Source: an uncultured Nitrososphaerota archaeon
GTDB lineage: Archaea; Thermoproteota; Nitrososphaeria; Nitrososphaerales; Gagatemarchaeaceae
Assembly (NCBI GenBank): GCA_963838925.1
Contig: CAWISW010000001.1
Coordinates: 256,001-320,000, forward strand
Direction: 5' to 3'
Length of the DNA: 64,000 bases
In this document: positions 35,692-45,452 of the stretch, one piece after another
How the letters are laid out: every line of letters begins with the position of its first letter
Numbering within the stretch: the stretch's first letter is position 1
Made by a program: the position numbers and the translations under genes
Notes under the pieces: generated by a model
What the model was told of the DNA's origin: nothing
Databases searched by the model: none
The model's input: only the letters and a program-made list of their open reading frames with translations

Positions 35692-38076
35692 ATGCAGCGC
35701 GAGCTGTCACAGTTTTCACACGCCCGGGAGCTCTCCGCCTCCCAGCTCAAGCGCAGCATCTGCCTCTTTCGGAGCGACCTGAGGGCCAAGGTCGAGCCAG
35801 ACGGCTCGACCTCGTGGGTCCACAGCGCGACCGCCAAGAAGCTGCTCTTCGGCAGAGAGACAGCCGAGGTGTTCAAGATCCAGTCCGGGGTCAAGATCTC
35901 TGTAAAGGCCCAGGACGTCGTGGTGAGGGCGACGCCCTCGAGCGTCTCCTATGCGGCCCGCGGGCAAGAGAGGATCCAGGCGGCTCACACAGTCAGGCTG
36001 CTCGTCGGGGACTGCGAGGGCTCTGTGAGGAGCGTCAGGCTTACCAACAGGGGCGACGCGGTTACGAGGATCCGGATCATCACCCTCCACGACCCCACGT
36101 CCCTAAACTACAGGAGGGAGCGAGACCCTCCCGGCGAGATAGGCGTCAACGCCTTCAACCGCCACGACCAGGTCGTGATGGACGACGTAGGAGACACCAC
36201 CGGGGTCCGCGTCATCGGGTTCTCACCCCGCCCATCGGTCCTCTACATGACGAAGGACAAGGGAAGGGCAGCCGAGCTCCTGGCCCTAGGGGAGCTCCCA
36301 GAGAGCTCGCTCGGGATGTCGGGCTCGGTCATCCTGCTGGCCCAGCAGGACATCGACCTCCTCCCCGGCGCCACCGTGGAGGTGCGCACCATCTCGGTCT
36401 ACCACCCCTCATCGCTCGAGTCCGCCCTTAACGCGGCGGCCCTCCGCTCGGACGAGGGGGACTCGGAGCGTGGAGAGCCGCGAGGCGCGGAGTTCGTCTC
36501 GTCGAGCGCGTCGATGAACTTCACCTTCGACTGGGCGAAGGCCGCGCTCTACGCGATCGAGGGTGAGGGCAACACAGCGGAGCGGCTGTGGTCGGGAGTG
36601 GCGCTCTCGCTCATCAGGAGCGACTACTTCGAGAGGATGGCCGAGTCGCTCAAGGGCGGAGTGAGGAAGGACGGCACTCTCCGATACTCCGAAGGCTCGC
36701 CGGCCGGGGACCGCGCCGAGAGGCCGGGACCAGTGGAGACCTCCCTCTTCCTTCTGAGCGTCTGCGCGTACCTCAGCGCACGTTCGGGGGACAAGAAGCT
36801 CGTGAAAAGGTGGTACCCTCAACTGAAGAAGGTAGGGGACGGCCTGGCTGGACTGATCTCGGATGGGCTCGTCCCGTCCTCGTCCGACTCGCCCGACGGG
36901 TGGCGCAGGCGCTTGGGCGCCGGCTTCCCGACGGGTCACTCCTCGGAGGTCAACCTGCTGGCCGTCAGGGCGCTGAGGGACGCCTCCTCCGTCGCCTACC
37001 TCGCGGGCAAGGGGAGCGACTCGGCGAAGTTCCGCGAGCTCAGCGTGAGGCTCTCGAACGCCGTCAACGAGAGGCTGAGGGACTCCGAGAGCGGCGCCCT
37101 CGCCCTCAACGTGGATCCCAGGGGCGTGGCCCACCGGGAGGTGACAGTCGACCAAGCCGTGGGGCTCTCCTACTGCTCGCCCGACCCGAACCTGGCTTCG
37201 TCGGTCGTCCACAGGCTCCTCGAGAAGGACTTCGAGACCGGCTTCGGCCCGCGCACGATCTCGAGCTCCAACAGCCTCTACTACAGCCCGAGCTACGGCG
37301 ACGGCCAGCTCGGCGGATACTGGACGAGGGCGGCTCTCTCGCATTCCATCCTCGCATTCCTCACAGGCTACCCGAGCATAGGGAGCGCCCAGCTCGAGAA
37401 GGTCGCGAGGCTCGTGCACACGGACTCTGAGCGCCTGGGCGGCGTCCCGGGAGAGGTGCCGTACTGGGTCGACCCCGAGCGGAGGCAGATCGTGGGGTCG
37501 GGCTCCGACCCCGTGGCGGCCTCCAGGTTCATCGAGGCGGTCATGTTCGGCGAGGCAGGCCTGTCGCTCGGCCCTCAGGGGGCGAGGTTCAGCGTCCCGG
37601 AGGCCTCGCAGCTGAAGTGGCTGCTCATCCACGGCCTCGAACTTGGGCGGAAGGGGTCGCTCTTCGTCGGCAGGTCCTCGGGGAAGGCATTCGTCGCCAC
37701 CACCTACGACAAGGAGGCGATGGAGGACTCGCACGGAGCGGGCCGACAGGGCATCACCACCACCTCGTCTTGCTTCCCGGAGTGCGAACGGATGGCCGGC
37801 GCCTCAGGCCTGGAGTGCCTGCTGTTCTGGGACAACGGCGCTTCTCTCGTGTGCATCGGCAACACCAGCGCCTCCCCTTGCTCAGGCACGATCTCCGTCC
37901 CGCTGAGGTCCAAGTCCTTCGCCGCCTCCCTCTTCGCCCAGTTGGAGGAGCTTCAGCCGGAGACGGGGCTCTGGGGCAAGGTCGACCGGGTCAAGCTTCT
38001 GACCAAGCTCGAGGCGAAGGTGGAGCTCAAGCCGAACTCGTGGAAGATGCTCAGGATCTCCTCCGCGACGCACTGA
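35692..38076 (+). CDS. Glycogen-debranching/amylo-alpha-1,6-glucosidase-like (alpha/alpha)6 protein
   Basis: FETGFGPRTISS..SLYYSPSYGDGQLGGYW and EVNLL...AL resemble GDE_C/GH133; divergent. Confidence 0.6.
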   Translation: MQRELSQFSHARELSASQLKRSICLFRSDLRAKVEPDGSTSWVHSATAKKLLFGRETAEVFKIQSGVKISVKAQDVVVRATPSSVSYAARGQERIQAAHTVRLLVGDCEGSVRSVRLTNRGDAVTRIRIITLHDPTSLNYRRERDPPGEIGVNAFNRHDQVVMDDVGDTTGVRVIGFSPRPSVLYMTKDKGRAAELLALGELPESSLGMSGSVILLAQQDIDLLPGATVEVRTISVYHPSSLESALNAAALRSDEGDSERGEPRGAEFVSSSASMNFTFDWAKAALYAIEGEGNTAERLWSGVALSLIRSDYFERMAESLKGGVRKDGTLRYSEGSPAGDRAERPGPVETSLFLLSVCAYLSARSGDKKLVKRWYPQLKKVGDGLAGLISDGLVPSSSDSPDGWRRRLGAGFPTGHSSEVNLLAVRALRDASSVAYLAGKGSDSAKFRELSVRLSNAVNERLRDSESGALALNVDPRGVAHREVTVDQAVGLSYCSPDPNLASSVVHRLLEKDFETGFGPRTISSSNSLYYSPSYGDGQLGGYWTRAALSHSILAFLTGYPSIGSAQLEKVARLVHTDSERLGGVPGEVPYWVDPERRQIVGSGSDPVAASRFIEAVMFGEAGLSLGPQGARFSVPEASQLKWLLIHGLELGRKGSLFVGRSSGKAFVATTYDKEAMEDSHGAGRQGITTTSSCFPECERMAGASGLECLLFWDNGASLVCIGNTSASPCSGTISVPLRSKSFAASLFAQLEELQPETGLWGKVDRVKLLTKLEAKVELKPNSWKMLRISSATH

Positions 38077-38198
38077 TCCCGCGGTGCCGCCTGACCGTCA
38101 GGCCGCATCGAGGTTAAGATGAGTTAGCCTCCAGATGTAAATGAAATCACCCCGCGGTTATTATCAGGAACGCTCCAAGATGAGAGGAGACGAACCAA

Positions 38199-39041
38199 AT
38201 GGGAACCGTCAGCAAGGCTTCTGGGTCAGGGTCGAGGACGACGCTGGCCAGCAGGCAGACTGCGACGCGCATCTTCGCTGTGGCCAACCAGAAGGGGGGC
38301 GTCGGCAAGACCGACCTGACAGTGAACCTCGCATGCCAGCTGGCTGCGCTGGGGAAGAAGACCCTGCTGATCGACCTGGACCCACAGGCGAACGCCACCG
38401 ATTATCTCAACGCCCTGGGCGGGCCGGAGGGAAGGACTACGGCTGAGCTCCTCCTTGACGACTCTGTGACGCTCGACGACGTGGTGCTCGAGGGGTGCAG
38501 GGAGAACCTCGACCTCATCCCGTCACACCAGAACCTCAGCTCAAGCCAGATAAGGCTCGCGAACGACATCAACATGCAGTTCAAGCTCAAGAAGAAGCTG
38601 AAGGCCGTCACCGATGGCAGCCGGCGCTACGACTTCGTCCTCATCGACACGCCCCCCTCACTCGGCCTGCTCATGGTAAACACCCTCACCGCGGCGACCG
38701 GCGTGATCATTCCGGTCCAGACTCACTACTTCGCGATGGACGGCGTCGTCCAGCTCCAGGAGACGATCCACAAGGTGAGGGAGGACATCAACCCGGGCCT
38801 GAAGGTGCTGGGGGTGGTCCTTACGATGTACGACAGGAGGACGCTGATCTCTAGGGAGGTGGCTGAGAAGGTGAGGGACGAGTTCAGCGAACGCGTCTTC
38901 TCGACCGTCATCCCGATCAACGTGAGGCTCGCAGAGGCACCCAGCCACCACAAGTCGATCTTCGAGTACGATTCCGATTCCTCGGGCGCGAAGGCGTACA
39001 GGGAGCTTGCCAAGGAGATACTAAGTTGCCCAGACGTCTAG
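38199..39041 (+). CDS. parA: ParA/Soj/SegA-family ATPase
   Basis: ANQKGGVGKT, IDLDPQAN, IDTPPSLG, TMYDRRT, IPINVRLAEAPS. Confidence 0.95.
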   Translation: MGTVSKASGSGSRTTLASRQTATRIFAVANQKGGVGKTDLTVNLACQLAALGKKTLLIDLDPQANATDYLNALGGPEGRTTAELLLDDSVTLDDVVLEGCRENLDLIPSHQNLSSSQIRLANDINMQFKLKKKLKAVTDGSRRYDFVLIDTPPSLGLLMVNTLTAATGVIIPVQTHYFAMDGVVQLQETIHKVREDINPGLKVLGVVLTMYDRRTLISREVAEKVRDEFSERVFSTVIPINVRLAEAPSHHKSIFEYDSDSSGAKAYRELAKEILSCPDV

Positions 39042-39541
39042 GGGACGACCCGCTCGCGAGGGCGAAGAACGCAAAGGCCGACCCGTCACAAGCCTCGGCT
39101 CCGTCCACCGGCACCGCATCAGGGCAGTCCCTCCGACGGCAGTCGTACAACGACGTCTTCTTCGAGAGAAGGGCGGACGCTGGCCAGCAAGAGGTGGCGG
39201 CATCGCCCCAGCCTCAGCACATCGAGGCTGCTGAGATATCTGAGATCTCAGAGATCCCACAGATGCGAGAGGCCGCGGCCGCGCCGACCGTCCAGCCCAC
39301 GGAGGCCGCCGCAATCGTCACGCCAGAGGCCAGCGTTGCGCAGAACGAGGTGGTAGTCGCGGTCTCGCCTTCACGGCAGGTCGCCGAACCGGCGGGTTAC
39401 ATCGAAACGATCGTGGCGCAAGTGCAGGCTCAACCCGCCCCGACGCCTCAGCCAGCCGGCGCGACAGCGGACGGCCATAAGGCCGAGCCCCAGAAGAGCG
39501 GCGGCTTCTTCAAGCGCCTCTTCGGCAGGTTCGGACAGTAG
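39026..39541 (+). CDS. ParA-associated disordered protein with C-terminal amphipathic helix
   Basis: Overlaps the parA end; N-terminal RRLGDDPL; A/P/Q/E-rich middle; C-terminal KSGGFFKRLFGRF. Confidence 0.75.
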   Translation: MPRRLGDDPLARAKNAKADPSQASAPSTGTASGQSLRRQSYNDVFFERRADAGQQEVAASPQPQHIEAAEISEISEIPQMREAAAAPTVQPTEAAAIVTPEASVAQNEVVVAVSPSRQVAEPAGYIETIVAQVQAQPAPTPQPAGATADGHKAEPQKSGGFFKRLFGRFGQ

Positions 39542-39619
39542 CTCGCGACGAGCGCCTGCGGAACTGCCCACGCAACGACTTATTGGTCGCCTCCCGAACC
39601 GCGGCCTAGAGGCAAAATC

Positions 39620-39829
39620 TTGACCGGATTCACTACAGAGTCGCCGAGCAAAAAGTTCGTCATACTGGCAGAGTCTGGAAGGTGCGAGACCCTCCTGAAG
39701 GCCCTGGAGACGAGGGCGGCCAACGGCTATCGGGTCGTGCAGTGCTGGGGCGCGGGCGGGGGGCAGGGCATCTTTGGCAGCGGAGGCAACCCCGCCATGA
39801 CATACGTCCTGCTGGAAAAGCCCAGCTGA
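39620..39829 (+). CDS. Small hypothetical protein (DUF4177-like)
   Basis: LETRAANGYRVVQ...YVLLEK pattern. Confidence 0.5.
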   Translation: MTGFTTESPSKKFVILAESGRCETLLKALETRAANGYRVVQCWGAGGGQGIFGSGGNPAMTYVLLEKPS

Positions 39830-39897
39830 CCCGGGCCGCCCCAGGGCCAAGCACAACCCACACAACACGTATCTCCTACCACAAAGGCGGGGTGCCA

Positions 39898-40287
39898 ATG
39901 ATCCTCGTCGACTGCACGGAGCTCTCGGCCGACGAGAAGCTCGCCCTCGCTTCGCAGATCTCGGACACCCTGGAGGGGGTCGCCATCGCCTTGGTCAAAG
40001 ACGACGCCATCGTATTCGACCAGCTCACGGACGAGAAGCTGAAGGCCTCCGTCGTGAAGGATGCCGTCTCAAGCTTCATCTCGAGGCGGAAGGACGCCGA
40101 GCACTACTCGCTGGAGGTGGTCGGCGAGCGCATAGTGGTGCACTCGGCAGACCCAGTGTCGGCGATGCGCAAGAAGGCGCAGAACAAGCTGCCGCCCAAC
40201 CTCCATCAGTGCTCCTACTGCGCGTTCGTCACCGAGTACGAAGAGGAGCTCACGGTCCACGCGCGGACCCATCTCTTCGGAGCGTAG
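39898..40287 (+). CDS. Hypothetical protein with C-terminal C2H2 zinc finger
   Basis: CSYC.F.....EELTVHARTH; ATG at 39898. Confidence 0.75.
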   Translation: MILVDCTELSADEKLALASQISDTLEGVAIALVKDDAIVFDQLTDEKLKASVVKDAVSSFISRRKDAEHYSLEVVGERIVVHSADPVSAMRKKAQNKLPPNLHQCSYCAFVTEYEEELTVHARTHLFGA

Positions 40288-40409
40288 CGGCTCAGCCCCC
40301 CGCGGCCTTCCCCGCAGGCGGGAGACGCGTCAAGAGCGGCCGCATCGCCATGACAAACATCATTAACTTCTCACTTCGACGCTCACAAGAAGGTCGACTC
40401 TCCGTCAAC

Positions 40410-41411
40410 TTGAGCAAGACACGCGTATCTCTCGGGGAGGGGATAATGGTCGAGCTCGGGGTCATGAGGTACGCCCTCGACCCCAAGGCTCCTGTCAAGG
40501 CGGACTATACATTCGTCTCCCACGCCCACATGGACCACGTCGAGAGGCCGCACCCGAAGTCGAAGGTCCTCGCCTCGGACGAGACCGTCCTCCTCGCGCG
40601 GGCGAGGGGCGTGGAGCTCGGCTCGAACAGGCAGGCGCCGCCCGAAGGGGTCTCGCTCCTCGACTCCGGGCACATCCTCGGCGCGCGCGCGCTCTACATC
40701 GAGGACGAGCTGCTCTACACCGGGGACGCCGCTGGAAGGGAGCGCGCCTTCATGTGCCGGTGCAGGACCAAGAAGGCCAGGGTGCTGATCACCGAGACGA
40801 CCTTCGGAGACCCTCGCTACATCTTCCCGCCGCTCGACCAGACGGTCAAGAGGGTGAACGAGATGATAGCGCACACGTTCGACAAGGGGAGGCCGGTTGT
40901 GCTCATGGGATACCCGCTCGGCAAGTCGCAGATCCTCTCGTACCTCTTCTCGTCGTGGAACCCCTTCTTCGTCCACGAGTCGGTCGGACAGATGAACGAC
41001 ATCTACAGGGAGTCAGGGATCCCCCTGAAGAAGGAGGCAAGGACGATCGCAAAGACCCTCGAAGGGCTCCCCCAGGGCCCCTGGGTGATGGTCGCGCCCA
41101 TGATGAGCTCTCGGAACAAGCTCGCCGCGAGGCTCAAGAAGGAGTACGGGGCCGTCCTGGCCGCCTTCAGCGGGTGGGCGGTCGAGAGGGGCTACGGGAG
41201 CTACCTCGGAGCCGACTACTCCTTCCCCCTCAGCGACCACTGCGACTACGAGGAGCTCCTCAAGCTGGTGAAGGAGGTCTCCCCGGAGGTGGTGTACACG
41301 ACTCACGGCTTCACGAACGAGTTCGCGCGCACCCTCCGGGGGGAGGGCTACGACGCCAAGCCCCTCGACGGCTACCAAGCCGCCCTCTCGGACTACCACG
41401 ACGACACCTAG
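40410..41411 (+). CDS. Metallo-beta-lactamase/beta-CASP-like exonuclease
   Basis: SHAHMDH, SGHILG, YTGD, ETTFG, GKSQ, FSGW, PLSDHCD, THG. Confidence 0.88.
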   Translation: MSKTRVSLGEGIMVELGVMRYALDPKAPVKADYTFVSHAHMDHVERPHPKSKVLASDETVLLARARGVELGSNRQAPPEGVSLLDSGHILGARALYIEDELLYTGDAAGRERAFMCRCRTKKARVLITETTFGDPRYIFPPLDQTVKRVNEMIAHTFDKGRPVVLMGYPLGKSQILSYLFSSWNPFFVHESVGQMNDIYRESGIPLKKEARTIAKTLEGLPQGPWVMVAPMMSSRNKLAARLKKEYGAVLAAFSGWAVERGYGSYLGADYSFPLSDHCDYEELLKLVKEVSPEVVYTTHGFTNEFARTLRGEGYDAKPLDGYQAALSDYHDDT

Positions 41412-41515
41412 TCGACCGGCCCCGCGCGAGCCGAAGGATTTTAAAATCGATTTCGTCCGAGCTTTGTGCGGCAAGAAGCGCATGAGTGATTATCAAATCC
41501 GTGCCCAGTGAGCCA

Positions 41516-44500
41516 ATGTCAGAGCCTGGGTTCTCTTCGCTCTACGACTGGAGGGTGGTCGAGCCGAAGGTCAGGAAGTTCACCAAGGAGGCAGACCTCA
41601 TCAAGGAGATATCAAAGTCGATGGGGAGGAAGCGGAGGGTGGGCTACGTCGAAGGCCCGCCGACCCTCAACGGCGTCCCGCACATCGGGCACATCCGCGG
41701 CAGGATAATGAAGGACCTTTGGTTCCGCTACAGCACGCTCCTCCTCAAGGAGAACGTCGTCTTCCGCGCGGGGTGGGACTGCCAGGGGCTCCCGGTCGAG
41801 CTCCAGGCCGAGAAGGAGCTCGGGCTCTCGGGCAACAAGTGGGATGACCTCAAGCAGATAGGCGAGGAGAAGCTCGTAGAGGCCTGCAAGCGCCTCTTGG
41901 GCAAGTACCTGAAGTCCTGGGAGGACGCGGACGACCTCCTCGGCCTGCTCCTCGACCACTCGAAGGCCTACATGACCTACAAGGACGGCTACATCGAGAG
42001 GGAGTGGATGTTCCTCGAGCGGGCCTGGGAGAAGGGCATCCTCGGGGAGGGATTCAAGGTCGTCCCGTACTGCCCCAGCTGCATGACGTCGCTCAGCCAC
42101 GCGGAGGCGGTCCTCGGGTACGAGACCCTGGAGGACCCGAGCCTCTACTACAAGGTCAAGGCGTCGGACGGCAGCCTCCTGGTGATCTGGACGACCATGC
42201 CCTTCACCGTGGTCACGGACGAGATGGTCGGCGTAAAGCCCGACGCCAACTACGTCTACGTGAAGGTGGGCGGCGAGACCTGGGTCGTCGGGGAGGACAG
42301 GAAGGCTGCGCTCGCGAAGGAGCTCGGCCTGGAGTTCGGCGAGACCGTGAAGGTCGTCAAGGGCAAGGACCTCGACGGGCTCACCTACGCGCACCCCCTC
42401 CTGAAGATGATCCCCGGGCTCGACAAGCTCCACGCTCAGGGCAAGATACACAAGGTGGTCGCCGAGGAGTTCGTGGACACGGCCACGGGGACTGGGCTCG
42501 TCCACCTCTCGCCGGCCAACGGCGAGGAGGACTTTCTGGTCGCCACCCGGAGGGGAGTCCCGGTCTTCGCGCCCATCGACGACAGGGTGAGGTTCACTGA
42601 GGAGGCGGGCACGTTCGCGGGGCTCTACGTTAGGGACGCCGACAAGGTCGTCTCGAAGCTGCTCGCCGAGAGCGGGAACCTCGTAAACGAGGGCCGGCTC
42701 GAGCACGAGTATCCCACGTGCTGGAGGTCGGGGCACAGGCTCGTCTGGGTGGCGAGGCGCGAGTACTTCTACTGGATCGACCGGGTCAAGGACAGGCTCG
42801 TGGAGGCGGCCGAGAAGGTCGAGTACTACTTCGAGGCGCCGAGGAACAGGTTCATCGAGTTCCTGAAGCAGTCGCCGCCCTGGTGCATCTCCAGGGAGAG
42901 GGTGTGGGGGACGCCCCTCCCCATCTGGGTGTGCGCTGACTGCAAGGAGAAGGTGCCCGCCTTCTCGCGCCGAAGCATATTGGACAAGGCGAAGTCCCTC
43001 CCGGACGGCAAGGAGTTCGAGCTTCACAGGCCGTGGATAGACAGGGTCGTCCTCGAGTGCCCGAAGTGCGGAGGCGACTGCCGCAGGGAGCCGTTCGTGC
43101 TGGACACCTGGCACAACAGCGGCTCGGCGCCGCTCGCGGCCTTCACCGACGCCGAGAGGGCCGACCTCGTCCCGGTTGGACACCTGACCGAGGGGATCGA
43201 CCAGACCCGCGGCTGGGCGTACACCATGCTCGTCCTGAACGTCGTCTACGAGGAGAAGCCCGTCGCGCCGTACAAGGCCTTCCTCTTCCAGGGGCACGTC
43301 CTGGACGAGAAGGGGAGGAAGATGAGCAAGAGCCTCGGGAACGTCCTCGACGCCCACGAGATGCTCAACAACGGCTCCGTCGACCTGCTGCGCTATTACA
43401 TCATCTGGAAGAGCTCGCCGGTCGACGCGCTGAGCCTTGACACGAAGGAGATGACGGGAAGGCCCTACCAGGTGCTCAACACGCTGTACCACCTGCACGT
43501 CTACTTGCAGCAGAACGGGGAGCAGGACGGCTTCGACCCTCTCAAGCACACGGTGAAGTGGGCGGCGACAAGGAAGCTGCTCACGCAGGTGGACCTTTGG
43601 ATGCTCTACAACCTCCAACGGGCGGTCACTGCCGTCGGGGAGGCATATGGCGCGGGGAGGTACAACGAGGCCTGCAAAGAGCTCGAGCGCCAGATCGTCG
43701 AGGTGGTGAGCCAGGGATACGTGCGGATGGTGAGGAACGAGCTCTGGAGCGACACGCCCAAGGAGAAGCCTAGGAGGCTGGCGGTCTTCGCGGTGCTGGG
43801 GCACGCCCTCTCCACCGTGGACATGCTCCTCCACCCGGTCTCGCCCTTCCTCACGGAGTACCTCTACCAAGAGGTGTTCGGGGCGGGGAAATGGAGCCGG
43901 CCCCTCCTTCTCCAGGACCTCCCCAAGCTCGCCCTCCCCAAGACGGCGAAGGCCGAGAGCGAGGCGGCCGAGTTCGCCCTCATGGTGGAGGGTGCGTGCA
44001 ACTCGGCGAGGGAGAAGGCGAAGCTGAAGAGGCGGTGGCCTCTCAAGAGCATGGCGGTCTTCGTCCCCGCCGAGAGGGCCGCGAAGATGAAGCGGGCGCA
44101 GAGGCTGATCTCCCTCCTCTGCAACGTGAAGAAGGTCACCTTCGCGACGAAGGTCTCGTCGCTGCCGATCTCGGTCACGCTGACGCCGAACAGGTCGCAG
44201 ATCGGCGCCCACTTCAAGGAGAGGACCAACGACGTCCTCTCGCGGCTGAAGGTCCTCGAGGGGGACGCCGCATGGGAGGCCTACAGGACAGGGTCGCCCA
44301 TCAAGCTCACCACGGCCAAGGGAGACAAGGTAGACGTCCCCGTCTCCGCGATGGAGTTCAACTTCCGGGGGACCGGGGACTGGGAGGCAGCGGCCAGGGG
44401 TGAGACCATCGTCGCCATCGAGAAGGTGAGGGACGACAAGCTGATGGCCGAGGGCGTAGAGCGGGACGTCGCCAGGAGGATGCAGGCGCTCAGGAAGAAG

Positions 44501-44758
44501 CGCGGATACTCCCCCGCCACGGTGCTCGCGAAGGCCAGGGTCGCCGGGCTCGACGAGGAGACCATCGCGATGCTCTCGCCGCTGAAGAAGCACCTCGCGT
44601 TCCTCGTCCGCGTGAAGGAGGTCGAGGTCATGCAGGACCAGGCCGAAGGCGGGGAGTGGGAGGAGGACGAGCTCGACGGCAGGCCGATCTACCTCGACGT
44701 CTCGGGCGGCCTACTCGCCGGCAAGAAGGTGGCTGGCAAGCGAAGGCGGAAGGCCTGA
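41516..44758 (+). CDS. ileS: Isoleucyl-tRNA synthetase
   Basis: EGPPTLNG.PHIGH, GWDCQGLPVE, WTTMP, WCISRER.WG, EGIDQTRGW, KMSKS. Confidence 0.97.
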   Translation: MSEPGFSSLYDWRVVEPKVRKFTKEADLIKEISKSMGRKRRVGYVEGPPTLNGVPHIGHIRGRIMKDLWFRYSTLLLKENVVFRAGWDCQGLPVELQAEKELGLSGNKWDDLKQIGEEKLVEACKRLLGKYLKSWEDADDLLGLLLDHSKAYMTYKDGYIEREWMFLERAWEKGILGEGFKVVPYCPSCMTSLSHAEAVLGYETLEDPSLYYKVKASDGSLLVIWTTMPFTVVTDEMVGVKPDANYVYVKVGGETWVVGEDRKAALAKELGLEFGETVKVVKGKDLDGLTYAHPLLKMIPGLDKLHAQGKIHKVVAEEFVDTATGTGLVHLSPANGEEDFLVATRRGVPVFAPIDDRVRFTEEAGTFAGLYVRDADKVVSKLLAESGNLVNEGRLEHEYPTCWRSGHRLVWVARREYFYWIDRVKDRLVEAAEKVEYYFEAPRNRFIEFLKQSPPWCISRERVWGTPLPIWVCADCKEKVPAFSRRSILDKAKSLPDGKEFELHRPWIDRVVLECPKCGGDCRREPFVLDTWHNSGSAPLAAFTDAERADLVPVGHLTEGIDQTRGWAYTMLVLNVVYEEKPVAPYKAFLFQGHVLDEKGRKMSKSLGNVLDAHEMLNNGSVDLLRYYIIWKSSPVDALSLDTKEMTGRPYQVLNTLYHLHVYLQQNGEQDGFDPLKHTVKWAATRKLLTQVDLWMLYNLQRAVTAVGEAYGAGRYNEACKELERQIVEVVSQGYVRMVRNELWSDTPKEKPRRLAVFAVLGHALSTVDMLLHPVSPFLTEYLYQEVFGAGKWSRPLLLQDLPKLALPKTAKAESEAAEFALMVEGACNSAREKAKLKRRWPLKSMAVFVPAERAAKMKRAQRLISLLCNVKKVTFATKVSSLPISVTLTPNRSQIGAHFKERTNDVLSRLKVLEGDAAWEAYRTGSPIKLTTAKGDKVDVPVSAMEFNFRGTGDWEAAARGETIVAIEKVRDDKLMAEGVERDVARRMQALRKKRGYSPATVLAKARVAGLDEETIAMLSPLKKHLAFLVRVKEVEVMQDQAEGGEWEEDELDGRPIYLDVSGGLLAGKKVAGKRRRKA

Positions 44759-45418
44759 CTCTACTATCTTCTTCGCGGCCCTCTCGACGTCGTACTCGAC
44801 CTGCCTGATCTCCAGCCCCACGCTCCCGCCCTCCGCGCTGAGTATCGCGAACGAGGCCCGGGTGTCGCCGTTGCGGGGCTGCCCCACCGCACCGGGGTTG
44901 AAGACCAGCCCGACCCCCTCTTCGCGCCATTCGAAGGCTTGGTGGGTGTGCCCGAGCGCAATCACGTCAGCTCCCACCTTCTTCAGGTAGTAGCCGAAGA
45001 GGTCAGAGTGCGTGGAGGGAAGGACGTACTCCCACATCGTGTCGTCCGGGGAGCCGTGCGCCATGTAGAGCCTCTTGCCTCCGATGTCGGCTCGGACCTC
45101 CTTCGGAAGCGACCCGAGAAACTCCCTGCTGTCGTCGGTGAGGTGCTTCGAGGTCCATATCGCCGCCATCGCCGCCCTGGGGTTGAAGTCGCCGACGTCT
45201 CCCTGGAGCGAGGCTTGGTCGTGGTTCCCCATGACGCAGGTCGCCCCGATTTCTCGAAGCACGCGGACCACCTCGTTGGGCGAGGCGCCGTACCCGACTA
45301 TGTCGCCGCAGCAGAAGACCTTGAGCTTCCCGACCTCGTCTAGGACTGCCTCGAGCGCCTCCAGGTTGGAGTGCACGTCGGAGACGAACGCGACCCGCGA
45401 TGCGCCCTTGCCCGGCAC
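44711..45418 (-). CDS. Calcineurin-like metallophosphoesterase (YfcE/MJ0912-like)
   Basis: SDVHSN, GDIVGYG, GNHD, HGS, GHTH, NPGAVGQPR. Confidence 0.92.
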   Translation of the reverse strand: MPGKGASRVAFVSDVHSNLEALEAVLDEVGKLKVFCCGDIVGYGASPNEVVRVLREIGATCVMGNHDQASLQGDVGDFNPRAAMAAIWTSKHLTDDSREFLGSLPKEVRADIGGKRLYMAHGSPDDTMWEYVLPSTHSDLFGYYLKKVGADVIALGHTHQAFEWREEGVGLVFNPGAVGQPRNGDTRASFAILSAEGGSVGLEIRQVEYDVERAAKKIVESGLPPSLASHLLAGE

Positions 45419-45452
45419 TTTGTGCTCGGGGCCTGCACGTTCCGGTAGCTAT

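Noticed and set aside
41612-44593. 993-aa antisense ORF, and many other long shadow ORFs (e.g. 36409..37734, 12355..13422)
   Set aside because: Expected opposite high-GC3 genes because stop codons are scarce; no recognisable motifs.
44711-45418. Vps29/retromer-like partner of the ESCRT locus
   Set aside because: It has a complete catalytic metallophosphoesterase motif set with the NPGxVGQPR signature of the common YfcE/MJ0912 group; proximity alone is insufficient.
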